DNA of 32,000 bases from Dickeya dadantii NCPPB 898 (GTDB taxonomy: Bacteria; Pseudomonadota; Gammaproteobacteria; Enterobacterales; Enterobacteriaceae): NCBI RefSeq assembly GCF_000406145.1, contig NZ_CM001976.1, positions 1,950,061 through 1,982,060 of the forward strand. Reading direction: 5' to 3'. Every line of letters begins with the position of its first letter. Position 1 is the first letter of the stretch. A program made the translations under genes and the position numbers. Shown piece by piece: positions 29,827 to 32,000 of the stretch. The notes below the pieces were generated by a model, which worked only from the letters and a program-made list of their open reading frames with translations, searched no databases and was not told the origin of the DNA.

Positions 29827-31131
29827 ATGGCTGAGGTATCTGATGTTCAGGGGGCAGCGGCGGCATCGCCTGCCGATACGGTGTCCGGCACCGAGCGCAT
29901 GGGAAAACTGTCGCTGACCATGGCCTGGTGGGCGGTGTGCAGCGCGATTTTCTATATTGTGGTGGGGGCGTCGCTGGCGCTGAATTACGGCGCGCGCAAT
30001 GCCATTATCGGTATGGTGCTATCCGTCGTGTGCTACGGTTTGATCAACGCGGCCATTAGCCGTTTCGCTATTCGCAGCGGTCTGTCGGTGGCGGCGTTTT
30101 CCGGCCAGTTGTTCGGTCAGGCGGGGTCGGCGCTGGCGACGCTGATTTTTTTCTCCACCGCCATTTATTACGCGGTGTTTGAAGGCTCGGTGATTGCGTT
30201 CGCCATCAATCATCTGTTCCCGGCGCTGGATTATCACTGGGCCGCGTTGCTGGTGGTGCTCTACAGCGTGCCGCTGATTTTCGGTAGCGTGCAGCACTGG
30301 CTGGACAAGTTCAACGGCGTGCTGCTACCGTTTTACCTGCTCGGGCTGGCGCTGACGGTGACGGTGTCCGTCCAGCATTACGGCTATCAGCCGCAATGGC
30401 TGTCATTCGGCCCGGCATCGCCGCCCGCCTATGGTTGGTGGAACTGCTTCACCTACTACATGGGGGTGTGGATTTTAATGATGTACACCTTCGACTACGC
30501 CCGCTTCGGCCGTCAGGAAGACAGTCAGTATCATGCACGCATCAATTTCGGTATGCCGTTCTATCTGATCACGTTTCTGTTAAACGGGGTGGTCGGTATC
30601 TATCTGGTCAGCAGTTTTGCCCAACAGAACGGCGTCAGTGAAACCGCGGTGGTGGTCAACATCCTCAATCTGCTCGGTTTCTGGGGGCTGTTGTTCGTGT
30701 GGGTGACCCAGACACGCATCAATACCGCCAACTATTATCTGGCGACCGTCAACATGCAGGTGTTTTTTGACCGCCTGCTGCGGCTACGCTATCGCAAGAT
30801 TGTCTGGGCCTGCGTGGTGGGGGCGGCGGTCTATGTGCTGATGCTGGCGGATGTGTTCGCCTATATTTTGCAGGCGCTGGCTTATCAGGGGGTATTTGTG
30901 GTGGCGTGGGTCGGCGTGGCGCTGGCGCATATTCTGGCCCGCCGCGCCTCATCGACTACGGCGCCGGTGCGTGCGTTGAATCTGACCGGCCTGGGCGCCT
31001 GGCTGCTGAGTGTGATCGCCGGCGTTGCGCTGATGCACGGCAACGCGGTGCTACAGGCGTTTTCCGCACCGGCGACCTTTGTTGTGGCGCTGGCGTTGTA
31101 TTGGCTGTTGCCGCATAACCGTAGCGCCTGA
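29827..31131 (+). CDS. Integral membrane permease, probably purine-cytosine/NCS1-like family (434 aa from ATG 29827)
   Basis: ORF 29779-31131. ATG 29827 is preferred (GGAGGG at 29815-29820). GTG 29779 is possible (AGGTGG at 29765-29770). About 12 hydrophobic segments. The N-terminal MAWWAVCSAIFYIVVGASLA...ISRFAIRSGLSVAAFSGQLFG resembles CodB/NCS1-type permeases; that family call is from memory only. Confidence 0.8.
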   Translation: MAEVSDVQGAAAASPADTVSGTERMGKLSLTMAWWAVCSAIFYIVVGASLALNYGARNAIIGMVLSVVCYGLINAAISRFAIRSGLSVAAFSGQLFGQAGSALATLIFFSTAIYYAVFEGSVIAFAINHLFPALDYHWAALLVVLYSVPLIFGSVQHWLDKFNGVLLPFYLLGLALTVTVSVQHYGYQPQWLSFGPASPPAYGWWNCFTYYMGVWILMMYTFDYARFGRQEDSQYHARINFGMPFYLITFLLNGVVGIYLVSSFAQQNGVSETAVVVNILNLLGFWGLLFVWVTQTRINTANYYLATVNMQVFFDRLLRLRYRKIVWACVVGAAVYVLMLADVFAYILQALAYQGVFVVAWVGVALAHILARRASSTTAPVRALNLTGLGAWLLSVIAGVALMHGNAVLQAFSAPATFVVALALYWLLPHNRSA

Positions 31132-31189
31132 TTGAGCCGGGCAGGGAGGCCCGTTCGCTTGTCGATGACATCATTTCCCCGCCGGCGGC

Positions 31190-31217
31190 CTTGAAAAAAT
31201 GGCGTATGGATCTATAT
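31190..31217 (+). promoter_or_regulatory. Candidate sigma32 (heat-shock) promoter: CTTGAAA -35, 13-nt spacer, aTCTATaT -10
   Basis: cCTTGAAAaaatggcgtatggATCTATAT. The -35 matches the sigma32 consensus CTTGAAA exactly. The -10 only partly matches CCCCATnT. Confidence 0.45.
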
Positions 31218-31260
31218 GAAGGAATGAGAGCAAGACAAAGCTGTTGCCTTGCGGTTTGCA

Positions 31261-31293
31261 CTTTTGAATGTGGGTATGACGAATATTCAGGAG
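31261..31293 (+). promoter_or_regulatory. FourU-type RNA thermometer candidate sequestering the Shine-Dalgarno sequence of the small heat-shock gene
   Basis: CUUUUGAAU (31261-31269) pairs with AUUCAGGAG (31285-31293): C-G, U-A, U.G, U.G, U-A, G-C, A-U, A-U, U-A. Four consecutive U therefore pair with AGGA of the SD (AGGAGG 31289-31294; ATG 31301). The loop is 15 nt. Confidence 0.6.
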
Positions 31294-31300
31294 GTTAACC

Positions 31301-31795
31301 ATGGCATTCAAATCGATGTCTTTATTTCCGGCTGTTACCGACTCGCTGTTCTCCGACCGCTTCAACCGCATCGATCGGTTATTCAGCCAACTGACCGGCG
31401 ATACGCCGCTCACCGCTACGCCATCCTACGACATCCGCCGGCTTGACGACACTCACTATGGCATTACGGTCAGCGTGCCCGGCTGGCGTGAGGAGGATCT
31501 GGAGATCAGTACGCATGGCGGCCAGCTCACTATCAGCGGCAAACGTAAGGAAGAGGTGTCGGAAGCGGAGCAGGAGCAGGAGCAGGAGGGCTGGCTTTAT
31601 CGTGGCATCAGCCACACTGATTTCAGCATCAGCTATGCTCTGCCGGAGCATGTCAATGTGGAAAGCGCGCATCTGGAAAATGGCCTGCTGACCGTCACGT
31701 TAAAGCAGGATATCCCGGAAAACGAAAAGCCGAAAAAAATTGCCATTGAAAACCGTAATCAGACGGGGACTCAGGCATTGGAACACGAACATTAA
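31301..31795 (+). CDS. Small heat-shock protein, Hsp20/alpha-crystallin family (AgsA/IbpA-like) (164 aa)
   Basis: Alpha-crystallin domain: YDIRRLDDTHYGITVSVPGWREEDLEISTHGGQLTISGKR...WLYRGISHTDFSISYALPEHVNVESAHLENGLLTVTL. C-terminal PKKIAIE (I-x-I) motif. There is an acidic EEVSEAEQEQEQEG insertion. Confidence 0.92.
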   Translation: MAFKSMSLFPAVTDSLFSDRFNRIDRLFSQLTGDTPLTATPSYDIRRLDDTHYGITVSVPGWREEDLEISTHGGQLTISGKRKEEVSEAEQEQEQEGWLYRGISHTDFSISYALPEHVNVESAHLENGLLTVTLKQDIPENEKPKKIAIENRNQTGTQALEHEH

Positions 31796-31824
31796 TTTTT
31801 ATTATTCCTTCTTGTGATTTCTTC

Positions 31825-31850
31825 GCCCCGATTTTTATCGGGGCTTTTTT
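31825..31850 (+). terminator. Rho-independent terminator of the small heat-shock gene
   Basis: gccccgat (31825-31832) pairs with atcggggc (31837-31844), loop tttt, followed by TTTTTT. Confidence 0.85.
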
Positions 31851-32000
31851 ATAAATAATATTTAAGAATGCTTATCTGATATTGATGGAATCGTTGCAGG
31901 TTGTCCGTTGCTGTATAGAAATATTTATTCTCTTGTGTTTTATGTTGGATAGTTTCTCTGGGGTAATGGTTGGGAATATTCTGATACCGATATGGGTGAG

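Noticed and set aside
29600-29866. 88-aa minus-strand ORF between the PxpC-like gene and the permease gene
   Set aside because: Its product is Pro/Arg-rich and low-complexity, it has no RBS, and it overlaps the structured leader and the permease start. It is most likely a GC artefact.
31942-32000. Possible start of another gene (ATG 31942, MLDSFSGVMVGNILIPIWV...) running off the window
   Set aside because: Only 19 codons are visible, in AT-rich DNA with no clear RBS. That is too little to support a call.
1-32000. Whole-window scan for mobile elements, tRNA/rRNA genes, CRISPR arrays, toxin-antitoxin pairs or recognisable defence systems
   Set aside because: I recognised no transposase, integrase, recombinase, nuclease-NTPase or cas-like ORFs. 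I saw no inverted terminal repeats flanking a block and no cloverleaf-like tRNA candidates. DinG here is the housekeeping-type helicase in its conserved context, not a defence-associated variant.

Overview
This is a chromosomal window from a GC-rich (roughly 55-60 % by eye) Enterobacterales genome. Gene content suggests a Pectobacteriaceae/Dickeya-like organism, but that is inference and cannot be verified here. I support 27 protein-coding genes. I saw no rRNA, tRNA, CRISPR array, IS element or transposase/integrase, and nothing that looks like a defence island. Three blocks are conserved with E. coli (from memory): bglX-yohO, dinG...ybiB, and glnQPH-dps-rhtA-ompX. Accessory genes lie between them: a partial DeoR regulator diverging from an AGXT2L-like class-III aminotransferase; a secreted Ig-like/DUF2135-like/TPR protein inserted between dinG and ybiB; an M3 metallopeptidase; two tandem, unusually long secreted PAP2 phosphatase paralogs; a secreted FN3 plus ConA-like protein; a MarR/MFS pair; and an AgsA/IbpA-like small heat-shock gene. 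The best candidate for an undescribed system is a LysR-linked operon at about 24.1-31.1 kb. It combines a LamB/YcsF (PxpA-like) subunit, a minimal 82-aa biotinyl carrier, a biotin carboxylase and PxpB-/PxpC-like carboxyltransferase modules. Together these make a split urea-carboxylase-type enzyme plus a lactamase subunit. A 14-bp tandem-repeat array, a structured GC-rich leader and a dedicated permease follow it. Other points of interest: a 35-aa yohO-like gene missing from the ORF track; a fourU-type RNA thermometer candidate with a sigma32-like promoter in front of the small heat-shock gene; mosaic identity between the PAP2 paralogs that suggests gene conversion; and several operator-like repeats. 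The many long ORFs antisense to real genes are treated as GC-driven artefacts.
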